DNA of 45,377 nt from Candidatus Cloacimonadota bacterium (GCA_016935235.1 JAFGRJ010000124.1:1-45377), one strand, 5' to 3'; shown: positions 1-9,452, numbered from the stretch's first letter. Translations and numbers: made by a program. The notes: generated by a model not told the origin, from the sequence alone.

Positions 1-1
1 C

Positions 2-871
2 ACCGGTGTGGATCCCTATGATGATCAGCCGATGATCCCCTACGACCTGGATGAGGACGGCGTTGTGGACAGCTGGGATGAGAATGGCTTGGTGGAATTC
101 GTTACGGTATGGCCTTCTCATTTCTTCGTGGGCGACTATCAGGACGGCTCTTTTCATGAACATTGTTTCAAAATAACCAAGAATGAAGAAATGGGCTGGG
201 TAGTCGCTTTCTTCATGGATGGTCGTTACCTGATGGAGTCTTATTATGAAACACCGGGCTATGAGGACTGGGCAGAAATTGCTCAGATAGCTGTATGCAT
301 GTCTACTGATCATGGCGCCACCTGGTCCGAACCTGCCTACCTTAATGCCAAGGTTGATGATGTAAACTTTTATCCCGAACTTGAGGGGATGCTGCCCTGT
401 TATATTTATCCCGCCGATGAGATAGAAATCGTCGAAAATAATCACGGCAGGATACCCATTATTTTCTTCAATGATAACAGCTATGGCTCCTATTCTTCAC
501 CAGTGGTTCATGGTCAAAATAATGGTGGAACTATTACCTATGCTGTTCTGGACATCGAAATTGTAACAGACACCGATGATAACACCGTTGCACCTGTTTA
601 CAATCTGGCTCAGAATTATCCCAATCCCTTCAACCCGATAACAACAATTGCCTACAGCCTGAAGGAAGCAGCTAATGTAACACTGGAAGTATTTAACATC
701 AAAGGACAGAAAGTAAAAACGCTCATCAATGAATTCAAGCAACCTAGCGATTACAGCGTGATCTGGGATGGCAGGGATGACCAGGGTCGCCTTCAGGACA
801 GCGGCATCTATTTCTACAAGCTTAATGTCGGAAAATACTCCTCAGCTAAAAAGATGTTATTGCTTAAATAA
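2..871 (+). CDS. 5'-truncated secreted protein with Asp-box/BNR motif and C-terminal FlgD-Ig / T9SS type A-like sorting domain
   Basis: Frame is open from the window edge. Contains Asp-box STDHGATWS, acidic DLDEDGVVD, and the C-terminal signature LAQNYPNPFNP...FNIKGQKVKTL...WDGRD...SGIYFYKL...KKMLLLK. Confidence 0.8.
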   Translation, partial: TGVDPYDDQPMIPYDLDEDGVVDSWDENGLVEFVTVWPSHFFVGDYQDGSFHEHCFKITKNEEMGWVVAFFMDGRYLMESYYETPGYEDWAEIAQIAVCMSTDHGATWSEPAYLNAKVDDVNFYPELEGMLPCYIYPADEIEIVENNHGRIPIIFFNDNSYGSYSSPVVHGQNNGGTITYAVLDIEIVTDTDDNTVAPVYNLAQNYPNPFNPITTIAYSLKEAANVTLEVFNIKGQKVKTLINEFKQPSDYSVIWDGRDDQGRLQDSGIYFYKLNVGKYSSAKKMLLLK

Positions 872-898
872 ATAGAAAGGGAGTTCTACCATTAGACC

Positions 899-930
899 GG
901 GAGCACGGATTTCCGTGCTCCCTTTTTTTT
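899..930 (+). terminator. Rho-independent terminator
   Basis: Perfect 10-bp stem GGGAGCACGG-ATTT-CCGTGCTCCC followed by T8, between convergent genes. Confidence 0.9.
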
Positions 931-2932
931 ACTTCAGACCGGCATCCCAGTTGAACTGAGAATACCGGGCTATTGGACGAGATTTCTGATAGGCTTCTAT
1001 CAAGCTGTGGATAAGGTATTGCGAGGGAAGCTGATAGGACAGGTCAAGGAGAAATCTGCGGAAACCGGCTTTATAAAGCTCATTTTTATGATGCAGCCAG
1101 GACACTGGTAGTTCGGGCACCAGACTGGTCAGTCCCTGTATCCTGAAACACCGCAGTTTTAACTCCTTACTGTTTATTATGCTATCCCGGCAACTCCTGA
1201 TGGGAACCCGTGAATAGAATAATTCAGGATAATAGAATAAAGGTACAATCCCTCTGCGATCCTTACCAGCAAGGAGATTCTTCCTGTCATTTTCCAGAGG
1301 ATAGACATACAATTCAACATCATGCTCCTTGAGAAATTGAATAGCGGCATCATTGAGTACATAAATGTTTTCAGCGGTGGAAATATGGATTTTAGCAGTT
1401 CTGGGCAGAAGGTCCTTCTGGGAAATATGGCTGAGCATGAATTGATGGAAACCGGAACGGTAAAAGGCCAGACATAATTGCCGATAGTATTCCAGATCGC
1501 TTTCCATGATGAATCTGGGAAGTTGCAGGATAATTCTGTGCCTGTTCTTCTTCAGAGTATAATTAGAGGGATTTAGATTCTCCCAGTCCTTTTTCTGCAG
1601 GTTCAGGATAAGGTAATGAAATTTATCCCAGTTCAATTTCTGGATCCAGCGGAGTGTAGAAATACGAATAAAGAGTTCGGATGAGGTGCAGATTTTCCCG
1701 GAACCTGTTTTCTGGAGAATATTGCTGATTTTTTTTTGTGACAGACGGTAATTTATTTTCTGTCTGTGTTCCGGGAAGCGGTGAGGAAATTTTTTCTGAG
1801 AACGACCGGTCAGGATTACCTGGTCGTTGATCCTGGCTTTAACCTCCTGGGTGAATATAGTGACCTCATTTCCTGCCTGAGCTCTGGTGACTGGCTGTCC
1901 CTGTTCCTGCATCTGGACTATTTTAAAACTCCGGGCATCTTCATCTCCCTGCGAAAGTAAGCGAAGACGGTCCTGAATATTGAGCAGGGTGCTGGTAGTG
2001 AAGGTAAAAGAATCTTTATTCCTTTTGCCAACCCGACCGATGACCTGGCCTGTATAAGGGATTTCAGTAAAGGGTTTCTGTAAATTCTTCCCCAGGAAAT
2101 ACTGGATTTTTTCCCGGCTCAGATCATTCTTAAGAATATCTCTGGCTTCCGGGAGCCGCGCAGGATCGTCGATCACCATGCGATAAGCTCTGGCTGTGAT
2201 ATAAACATATTCTGCGGATTTCATCCTGCCCTCAATCTTCAGTGATTTTATTCCCAGCTTGCAAAGATAGGGAACTAGGTCGATCAGTTGCAGGTCCCTG
2301 AGACTGAACAGATACCCATCTTTGTCCAGCTGCCGGTAAGCACGACGGCAGGGCTGGCAGCATAGTCCGCGATTAGCGCTCATACCACCCATGTAACTGC
2401 TGAACAGGCAGAGGCCAGATACGGAATAACAGAGGGCACCGTGAATAAATAATTCCAGTTCAACGCCGCTGCTTCTGGAAACGTGTTCCAGTTCTTTCAA
2501 GGTTAATTCACGTGCCAGGATTATTCTCTGCATGCCCAGATTATGGAAAAATTTACAGCCTGCTGAATTATGGACGGTCATCTGGGTACTGGCAAAAAGG
2601 GGAATTGAATCATGATATTTATGAAGCAGATGAAGAACTCCCAGGTCCTGGATGATGATAGCGGAGATTTTAATCTGTGAGATTTGATAGAGAATATTCA
2701 ATAATTCAGGCAGCTCATTATTTTTTATTAGGGTATTGAGGGTGAGGTAGACTTTTATTTTCTCATTGGTTGCTTTTTTTACCAGAACCTGCAACTGATC
2801 GATTGTGAAGTTCAGGGCTTTACCTCTGGCATTAAAGGATTTCAAGCCCAGGTAAACTGAGTCGGCACCTCCCTCCAGAGCAGCGTAGAAAGCTTCCGGG
2901 TTGCCGACCGGAAGCAGTAACTCGGGTTTCAT
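929..2932 (-). CDS. U32 family protein (RlhA/TrhP-like Fe-S RNA hydroxylation protein)
   Basis: KPELLLPVG, GADSVYLG, FASTQM, ILAREL, HGALCYSVSGLC, SANRGLCCQPCRR and LKIEGRMK motifs. The 667-aa length fits the RlhA-type long form. Confidence 0.85.
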   Translation of the reverse strand: MKPELLLPVGNPEAFYAALEGGADSVYLGLKSFNARGKALNFTIDQLQVLVKKATNEKIKVYLTLNTLIKNNELPELLNILYQISQIKISAIIIQDLGVLHLLHKYHDSIPLFASTQMTVHNSAGCKFFHNLGMQRIILARELTLKELEHVSRSSGVELELFIHGALCYSVSGLCLFSSYMGGMSANRGLCCQPCRRAYRQLDKDGYLFSLRDLQLIDLVPYLCKLGIKSLKIEGRMKSAEYVYITARAYRMVIDDPARLPEARDILKNDLSREKIQYFLGKNLQKPFTEIPYTGQVIGRVGKRNKDSFTFTTSTLLNIQDRLRLLSQGDEDARSFKIVQMQEQGQPVTRAQAGNEVTIFTQEVKARINDQVILTGRSQKKFPHRFPEHRQKINYRLSQKKISNILQKTGSGKICTSSELFIRISTLRWIQKLNWDKFHYLILNLQKKDWENLNPSNYTLKKNRHRIILQLPRFIMESDLEYYRQLCLAFYRSGFHQFMLSHISQKDLLPRTAKIHISTAENIYVLNDAAIQFLKEHDVELYVYPLENDRKNLLAGKDRRGIVPLFYYPELFYSRVPIRSCRDSIINSKELKLRCFRIQGLTSLVPELPVSWLHHKNELYKAGFRRFLLDLSYQLPSQYLIHSLIEAYQKSRPIARYSQFNWDAGLK

Positions 2933-2933
2933 A

Positions 2934-3410
2934 TCAGAGAGTTTTCAGCAGGACCACAGCCGTTGCGGTTACTGCTTTACCGCGTCCTGTTATTCCCAGG
3001 CCTTCTTCGGTGGTTGCTTTGAGGGAAACATTCCACAGGTCAGTATGCAGATCGCTGGCAAGATTCTCCTGCATTTTTTTCAGGTAAGTCTGCAGTTTGG
3101 GCTTTTCAGCGCAGATGGTTGCATCGAGGTTGCCGATCTCATAACCCGTGTTATCCATGAGGTCGGTTATTTCCCGCAGCAGAATACGGCTGTCAATATC
3201 CCGGTAACGTTCGTCAGTATCAGGGAAATGCTGCCCGATATCTCCCTTGGCAAGTGCACCCAGGATGGCGTCTATCACAGCATGGATAAGTACATCGGCA
3301 TCAGAATGTCCCACCAGACCTTTAGGAAAGGGAATGTCCACTCCTCCCAGGATCAGTTTACCCCCGGTATCGCTCAGTTTATGAACATCATAACCATAGC
3401 CTATGCGCAT
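2934..3410 (-). CDS. ispF: 2-C-methyl-D-erythritol 2,4-cyclodiphosphate synthase
   Basis: MRIGYGYDVH, GHSDADVLIHA, GDIGQHFPD, KATTEEGLG. Start placed at ATG 3410 with GGAGG upstream. Confidence 0.97.
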   Translation of the reverse strand: MRIGYGYDVHKLSDTGGKLILGGVDIPFPKGLVGHSDADVLIHAVIDAILGALAKGDIGQHFPDTDERYRDIDSRILLREITDLMDNTGYEIGNLDATICAEKPKLQTYLKKMQENLASDLHTDLWNVSLKATTEEGLGITGRGKAVTATAVVLLKTL

Positions 3411-3423
3411 ACTGTCCTCCCGA

Positions 3424-6141
3424 TCAGTCAACTGTTATGGATTTGGATACATTTTTGGGCACGTCCGGATGGACTCCGTGTTCCATGATACCGAGTTTAT
3501 CCAGTTTTTCCTTTTTCTTGATACTCATCCGCAGAGCCAGAAGCTGCAGCACGATTGTAGCAGAAAAGGTGGTCATCAGGGAATCGCCTGTCTTGGGCAG
3601 GATAATGTAACTCCAGCCGTAGTATCCCTCATCATTGGGATTCATGCGTGCATTTTCCAGTAACTCGTCATTTTCCTCAGCTATGACAAAAGTATCGCCC
3701 CCGCGGATTTTATGAGTGTTGATCTGGGATATGGTCAAATTGATGTCCTGTTCTTCCGGTCCGGTTACATAGATCAATGGGTAATTCCTGTAGACATGGC
3801 TGAAAAAATCACGTTCAGAGACGAAATTCTTGAAGAATTCAGCTCCTTCCCGGGAAAGGTCAAAGGGGAAAGTCCTCTTGAATATATAATTTACCAGAGA
3901 CTGGGTCATGCTTCTGATCTCTAGTTCCGGAATACCTTCCTCCCGGGCGGAAGATTCCAGTTCAATTGTCAACTGATTGTAGTTTTTCAACATTGCCTTC
4001 ATATTTTTAATACCGAAGACAGTATTTCTTCCCAGGATTGTATTGGGACCATGTTTGAATTCGGAAGCTTCACCGCCCTCAGCATGATTTAGAACCGTCT
4101 CCCTTATCTTGAGAGCACCTTCCTTGGCTACACCGGTGAGTTTAGTGGCCAGAATATGCATGGAAGGTTCCATGTATATTTTCCCGGCAGCATATTCGAT
4201 CTGTTCCGCGGTTGTTTCGATTGTTTCTTTGATGAGTTGGGGTATGTCGTTAATGGATTTCAGGCGGGTTGTCAGTTTATGATTGAGGAGAGCTGTTTTC
4301 TCCTGATCTGCAGAACTAATATTCCTGATATTCTGCTCCAGCACCTTGATAGCCAGGTAGTAGAAAAGGGTTATCTGGTTGATGAAACTTTTAGTTGCCG
4401 GTACAGCGATTTCCGGGCCACAGAAAATCGGGATTGAAACATCGCATTTTTCCTGTCCCAGCGTGGAATTCATATTATTAACCAGTACAATGGTTTTAAT
4501 ATCCAGTCCGAGATTCTCCACATAATTGAAGATATCGATCAGATCCTTGGTTTCACCGCTCTGGGATACACCCAGGATAACATCATTATTGCAAAGGCTT
4601 TTGGAGAACTGTCCCCGGAAATTACCGGGGAGCACGGGTATTATGTCCAGATTGGCGATATCATTGAAGAAAATGGAAGCGATCATGGCAGCATGGAAGG
4701 ATGTCCCACAGGCAATGGCATAGATATTACGGTTGAACCTGCAGCTGTTTGCAACTATATCAAGGAAATGTTCGATGCTCTGATTGAACTCCTTGACATC
4801 ATTCATCTCGCTGATCGAATCCAGCGCTTTGGCGAGGAGCAGTTTTTTCTTGTTGAAATATGAGTTCAGGAGTTCAATAAAAGTGTTTTTATTGGCAGAA
4901 AAGAAGTATTTCTTCTCAAAATCTTTCTTTACCAGTTCATTGTAAATGGAAACATACTGTTCTCTGACTTTCTGATAGAATGCATCGGCTTTTACGGAAG
5001 ATTCAAACCTGGAAAACAGGTTCGTCTGTTGGACCGGATCCTCGGTTTTAAGGATGTTTCTGCCCAGATCTTCGATATCATCAAAGAAATTTTCCTTTTT
5101 TAGCAGCTCAATCATACGGGTTCCCGTATTTGAGCCACCCTGGAAAAGCTTGATAAGCTTACCGGAGGTTTCAACTTCCGCATAGATTTCCTGCTCCATG
5201 AAATACTGAAAAGGGGGAACCAGTTCTGTGTCCTCTGCTCTCAGTTTTGATCTTACCGGCTGTTTGGGGATATGGTCACCCGGATTGATTATGAATTCAG
5301 CCTGGTTAGGTCGCTTGATCTTGAGTTTGCGGAGGGCGAAGATCTTATAGTCATCAACTTTGAATTCCACGAACTCACCTTCACGAAGATTAATCAGGGT
5401 TTTGGTGAATTTAAGTACAGCAGTAAGATCGGAAGAAGCCAGTCCAAACCTGTTACCCTCTATTTCACCGATGCCAAAATACAGGCTGCTCCCGCCCTTG
5501 ATAGCGTAAATGAATTCGGTATAGGGGTCCACAATCACAGCGGCATAGGAGCCCACCATCCTGGAACTGGCAATGATTATGGCATTGCGCATGGACTGGC
5601 AGCGAATCTGGGGATTGTGCTGGTCCCTGTCGCCGTGTCTTCCCAGTTCATTATCGAAATAATGCTCAATAGTATGAACCAGCATTTCGCCATCATTATT
5701 GGAAACAACATTATGACCTTCTGAGATCAGGAAACTTTTCAATTCCCGGGAATTGGTGATATTGCCATTATGAGCACCATAAATGTGCTGCTTGCATTTT
5801 ACTTCATGGGGTTGAGCGTTCTTGGGTGTGACAGTGCCAAATGTCGCCCAGCGAACCTGACCACAGAAAATTTTTCCCTGCTGCTTATCGATTCCCAGTG
5901 TTTTGACCAGAGTACTGGGTGCTCCTACATCCTTAAGCAGAATGATATTTTTCTTACCATCCTGGAATACACCGCCCGTGGAATCATAACCCCTGTATTC
6001 AAGGGCTTTTAGCAGTGTGGCAGCGTACTGGCCGAGCTTGACACTCACCCGGGCAAGTCCCAAACCCAGCACACCACAGCCCAGACCGGGGATAGGTATA
6101 TTAATCGTAAAATCAAATTTTCTTAATATCTTTTCTATCAT
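3424..6141 (-). CDS. glmS: Glutamine--fructose-6-phosphate aminotransferase-like protein (atypically long, 905 aa)
   Basis: CGVLG, LEYRGYDS, RWAT, QPH, HNG, ACGTS, SQSGET, GPEIAVPATK, EGALKIRE, KHGP and C-terminal PKNVSKSITVD. Has an N-terminal extension and two insertions. Confidence 0.85.
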   Translation of the reverse strand: MIEKILRKFDFTINIPIPGLGCGVLGLGLARVSVKLGQYAATLLKALEYRGYDSTGGVFQDGKKNIILLKDVGAPSTLVKTLGIDKQQGKIFCGQVRWATFGTVTPKNAQPHEVKCKQHIYGAHNGNITNSRELKSFLISEGHNVVSNNDGEMLVHTIEHYFDNELGRHGDRDQHNPQIRCQSMRNAIIIASSRMVGSYAAVIVDPYTEFIYAIKGGSSLYFGIGEIEGNRFGLASSDLTAVLKFTKTLINLREGEFVEFKVDDYKIFALRKLKIKRPNQAEFIINPGDHIPKQPVRSKLRAEDTELVPPFQYFMEQEIYAEVETSGKLIKLFQGGSNTGTRMIELLKKENFFDDIEDLGRNILKTEDPVQQTNLFSRFESSVKADAFYQKVREQYVSIYNELVKKDFEKKYFFSANKNTFIELLNSYFNKKKLLLAKALDSISEMNDVKEFNQSIEHFLDIVANSCRFNRNIYAIACGTSFHAAMIASIFFNDIANLDIIPVLPGNFRGQFSKSLCNNDVILGVSQSGETKDLIDIFNYVENLGLDIKTIVLVNNMNSTLGQEKCDVSIPIFCGPEIAVPATKSFINQITLFYYLAIKVLEQNIRNISSADQEKTALLNHKLTTRLKSINDIPQLIKETIETTAEQIEYAAGKIYMEPSMHILATKLTGVAKEGALKIRETVLNHAEGGEASEFKHGPNTILGRNTVFGIKNMKAMLKNYNQLTIELESSAREEGIPELEIRSMTQSLVNYIFKRTFPFDLSREGAEFFKNFVSERDFFSHVYRNYPLIYVTGPEEQDINLTISQINTHKIRGGDTFVIAEENDELLENARMNPNDEGYYGWSYIILPKTGDSLMTTFSATIVLQLLALRMSIKKKEKLDKLGIMEHGVHPDVPKNVSKSITVD

Positions 6142-6833
6142 ATTTTTTTTCCCTGATGCTTCCTCTTTATGAGAACTTCCGCCATCACAAGATCATCAAA
6201 ATAGGTAATCTTAAAATTAGTGCCGGTCGTTTCCCATCCGAATACGTTATGACCGTAATGCTCGAGAATAGCGGCATCATCTGTGAATTCAAGATGGTCT
6301 GCAACAGACTTCCGATGCATGTCCAAAATAAGTTCATAAGCGAACACCTGAGGAGTCAATGCGTTGAATAATCCCACTCGATCAATGGTTTTCTGAATTT
6401 TATCTCCGGTCATCACCTTTATGGTATCTCTTACTTTTACAACAGGGATAACAGCCTGCTTCAGTTTGACCAGACGAAGTAGATTACTGATATCCTCCGA
6501 CTTAACAAAGGGCCTTACTCCATCGTGGATAAGAACATATGCAGTTTCAGGAGCACATTTTCTCAGGGCGTTGAATACTGATTCCTGACGTGTGTTTCCA
6601 CCAGGGACTATCTGAATTTTAGTGGAGGGGTATTCCAATTTTATTTTATCGGAATAAACGGACATTTCCGGTGCCGGTAGGGTTATGATGATTGAATCGA
6701 TCCCGGGATGAGTGAAAAAAACATCGATGGTCCAGAAAAGCAGTGGTCTGCCGGCAAGGGACAGAAACTGCTTTTTGTGCAGGGTATTCATTCTGTTACC
6801 GCTTCCCCCAGCGGTTATGATGGCAGTATTCAA
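6138..6833 (-). CDS. ispD: 2-C-methyl-D-erythritol 4-phosphate cytidylyltransferase
   Basis: AGGSGNRM, KQFL, GGNTRQESV, IHDGVRPF, TPQVF, TDDA, NFKIT. TTG start with GAGGT RBS. Confidence 0.95.
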   Translation of the reverse strand: MNTAIITAGGSGNRMNTLHKKQFLSLAGRPLLFWTIDVFFTHPGIDSIIITLPAPEMSVYSDKIKLEYPSTKIQIVPGGNTRQESVFNALRKCAPETAYVLIHDGVRPFVKSEDISNLLRLVKLKQAVIPVVKVRDTIKVMTGDKIQKTIDRVGLFNALTPQVFAYELILDMHRKSVADHLEFTDDAAILEHYGHNVFGWETTGTNFKITYFDDLVMAEVLIKRKHQGKKI

Positions 6834-6853
6834 TTCTTTTACCTCAAGGGTGT

Positions 6854-8590
6854 TCAGAAGCTAAACCCTTTTTCCTGAAACAGTTTCAAGCAGGCATCCA
6901 CAGTATCTGCATCATACAGGATACCTTTATTCCGGTCAATTTCCTCCAAAGCGCTTTTAATATCCATCTGTGGCCGGTATGGTCTGTGATTGATCATCGC
7001 TTCGGTCACATCCGCTACACATAGTATCCTGGCTTCAGGCAGTATTTCCCCTTTTTTCAGTCCTCGGGGATATCCTGAACCATTCATCAATTCATGGTGC
7101 TGCAGAACAATATCCGCTATGGGTTCTGGGAAGGCAATAGTATTGAGTATTTCATAACCGGTTTGAGGATGCAGTTTTATCAGGTCGAGTTCGGCTTTCA
7201 GCAATTTTCTTCCCTTTGCCAGGATATCGGAGGGGACATTCAATTTACCTATATCATGCAGTTGAGAAGCGGTGTATAATTTTTCTATCTGCTGTTCCGG
7301 CAGATTCATTTCCAGTGCAATTGCTTCCGCCAGCTTTGCCACGCGCCGCTGGTGTTGAGCGGTATAGGGATCCCTGATCTCTATGGCTGCTATAAGACCT
7401 TTAACGGTGTCATGATACAGTTTCCTGGACTTAAGATAACTCATACGCAGCTTTATCTTGTCACTTCTCTTCTCGGTAATGTCATGCAGTATTGCTATAA
7501 ATCCCCGGAATTGCCCATTCTCGCTCATCGGTATGTGAGTAAGTGTGATATATTTTCTTCTTTCCTTTCCTTTTCCCAGAGTAAATTCGCTACTGGTGGT
7601 TGCAGAGGTTTCAGATCTACTGTCGCATATTTCCACAAATCGTTGCAGGTGGCTGAATTCGGAGAGATTTCTGCCCACGGCATCCTGTTCCGGTAATTTA
7701 AGCATCGCAATTGCAGCTTGGTTAATGAAACTCAGTATACCGGAGTCATCAACAATCAGAATTCCTTCTTTTATCGAAGAAACTATATTTCGCAGGTCTT
7801 CCTCTTTTTTCCTGGTATCGACCAGTGTGTTGTAACATTGGGTGATATCGGTTATAATGCCCTGAAGAGCAACTGGTTGTCCTTTGTCCCCCCAGGTAAT
7901 GACATTGGTCTGATGGAACCACCTGGGATTACCAGAGCTATCTATGATCTTGTACTCATAATAGGGAGGTGCTTTCCCCGACACTATTTTCTGCCATTCC
8001 TCTTCATAGTATTTCTTCATATCAGGATGCAATAATTTGCACAATAGATCAGGAGTATCATAGAAAGCCTTCTGATCGTAACCGGTCAACTTCTTACAGG
8101 CGGGATTGATGAATTCGATTTTTCGGTCTGGTATTGAGATCTTGAAAATAATATCACCCAGATCAGCTGTCAGCCGCGAATACATTTCTGTGCTATGATG
8201 CCTTATTTTATCCTGTTCATGCTTGTAAAGGGCGATTTCCATAACCGCTTTAAGTTCAGATACCTCGTAAGGCTTCATTATATAGCCATAGGGTTCTGAG
8301 GTCACAGCCTTCTGGATCGTCTGCCTGTCGGCATGAGCGGTAAGAAAAATTACCGGGATATTCATTTCTTTATACATTATCTCAGCAGCTTGAGTTCCTT
8401 CCATTTTTCCGGACAGCACAATATCCATGATAACCAGGTCGGGTTTTTCCTGCCGGGCTGTGATGAGTGCTTTCTCTGCAGTGTTGACAGCTCCCAGGGC
8501 AACATAACCAAATTGCTTCACATTCATCCGGATTTCTTCTGCAATGATGTTCTCATCTTCCACAATTAATATTTTTTTTCTAGATGACAT
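6854..8590 (-). CDS. Response regulator with REC-PAS-PAS-HD-GYP architecture (cyclic dinucleotide phosphodiesterase)
   Basis: REC (ILIVEDE, VIMDI, FLTA, KP), two PAS/PAC repeats, and HD-GYP motifs (RDPYT, LHDIGK, HHE, GSGYPRGL, HRPYR). Confidence 0.92.
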   Translation of the reverse strand: MSSRKKILIVEDENIIAEEIRMNVKQFGYVALGAVNTAEKALITARQEKPDLVIMDIVLSGKMEGTQAAEIMYKEMNIPVIFLTAHADRQTIQKAVTSEPYGYIMKPYEVSELKAVMEIALYKHEQDKIRHHSTEMYSRLTADLGDIIFKISIPDRKIEFINPACKKLTGYDQKAFYDTPDLLCKLLHPDMKKYYEEEWQKIVSGKAPPYYEYKIIDSSGNPRWFHQTNVITWGDKGQPVALQGIITDITQCYNTLVDTRKKEEDLRNIVSSIKEGILIVDDSGILSFINQAAIAMLKLPEQDAVGRNLSEFSHLQRFVEICDSRSETSATTSSEFTLGKGKERRKYITLTHIPMSENGQFRGFIAILHDITEKRSDKIKLRMSYLKSRKLYHDTVKGLIAAIEIRDPYTAQHQRRVAKLAEAIALEMNLPEQQIEKLYTASQLHDIGKLNVPSDILAKGRKLLKAELDLIKLHPQTGYEILNTIAFPEPIADIVLQHHELMNGSGYPRGLKKGEILPEARILCVADVTEAMINHRPYRPQMDIKSALEEIDRNKGILYDADTVDACLKLFQEKGFSF

Positions 8591-8619
8591 CTCCTGCTAC
8601 CTTTTTAGCGCATTCTCCT

Positions 8620-8647
8620 TATTGTTCCCGGATTGGCAAAATGTCAA
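8620..8647 (-). promoter_or_regulatory. Putative sigma70 promoter (-35 TTGACA) for the HD-GYP/ispD run
   Basis: TTGACA on the minus strand at 8647-8642 in an intergenic gap. No good -10 element. Confidence 0.4.
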
Positions 8648-8724
8648 GAGCAATATTGGAATGAAGATAGGAATGGAAAAGAGATTGGTACTTTCTTAAT
8701 TTATTTTGAAATACCGATAATGAA

Positions 8725-9060
8725 TTAATGATCGCAGGGATTAGTTCCCGTTTCCAGTTTGTTCTCAAGAAAGAGGTTGATCAAATCCTGCGGCAACTGA
8801 CCTGTGGCTCCGGTTATAACCTCGATATTCTGCATGTTGAAATGCTGTCTGGCTCTATGTCCCATGCCACCACATATGACAACACTGATTCCCTTATCAG
8901 CCAGGAAATGAGGATATGCTCCCGGTTCATGGACGGGTGGTATAAGAGTCTCCTCGCTTTTGATTTCTTTATTATCAACGGTGTAAACAGCAAAATTCTG
9001 ACAATGACCAAAATGCTGTGCTAAAAGCCCATTATTCACCGGTATAGCTATTTTCTTCAT
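8725..9060 (-). CDS. NifB/NifX family (IPR003731-type) metallocluster-binding protein
   Basis: KIAIP, HFGHC, ICGGMG and C-terminal NPCDH. Start at ATG 9060 after AAGGAG. Confidence 0.9.
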   Translation of the reverse strand: MKKIAIPVNNGLLAQHFGHCQNFAVYTVDNKEIKSEETLIPPVHEPGAYPHFLADKGISVVICGGMGHRARQHFNMQNIEVITGATGQLPQDLINLFLENKLETGTNPCDH

Positions 9061-9113
9061 TTTATCTCCTTTTAAACTGAAATCCAATATTATCGGAAGA
9101 GCAACAGACGGAT

Positions 9114-9452
9114 TTAAAACTGCTTCAACTTATTATCCTTATACGCACGGTATGCTTCATCGACCGTCATACCACCTGCTCCTACCAATATCCTGACGCC
9201 TGACGTGTTAAGAACTCTGGCAGCATTATTGCCGGGACCATTTCCAGTAATAAGGACACCGACTCCTGCTTCAATAATCTTCTGGGCTGTCCTCGGCCCG
9301 GCTCCATGAGCAACACTGGTTATGGCACTGTTGTCGATAATCTGTTTACTGTTATCTTTCTCGTCAAGGATGATAAAATACTCCGACCGGCCAAAGCGAG
9401 GATCGATCGGTGAATTCATCTCCAAACCCGTTGTACTGAAAGCTATTTTCAT
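9114..9452 (-). CDS. NifB/NifX family protein (MTH1175/IssA-like)
   Basis: MKIAF, DPRFGRSEYF, HGAG, LITGN.PG.NA. Confidence 0.9.
   Translation of the reverse strand: MKIAFSTTGLEMNSPIDPRFGRSEYFIILDEKDNSKQIIDNSAITSVAHGAGPRTAQKIIEAGVGVLITGNGPGNNAARVLNTSGVRILVGAGGMTVDEAYRAYKDNKLKQF

Noticed and set aside
3784-5170. GlmS insertions as inteins
   Set aside because: No C/S-start plus HN-C/S/T end signature and no LAGLIDADG or HNH motifs seen.
6142-6300. glmS ribozyme upstream of glmS
   Set aside because: The region is ispD coding sequence overlapping the glmS start, so there is no leader.
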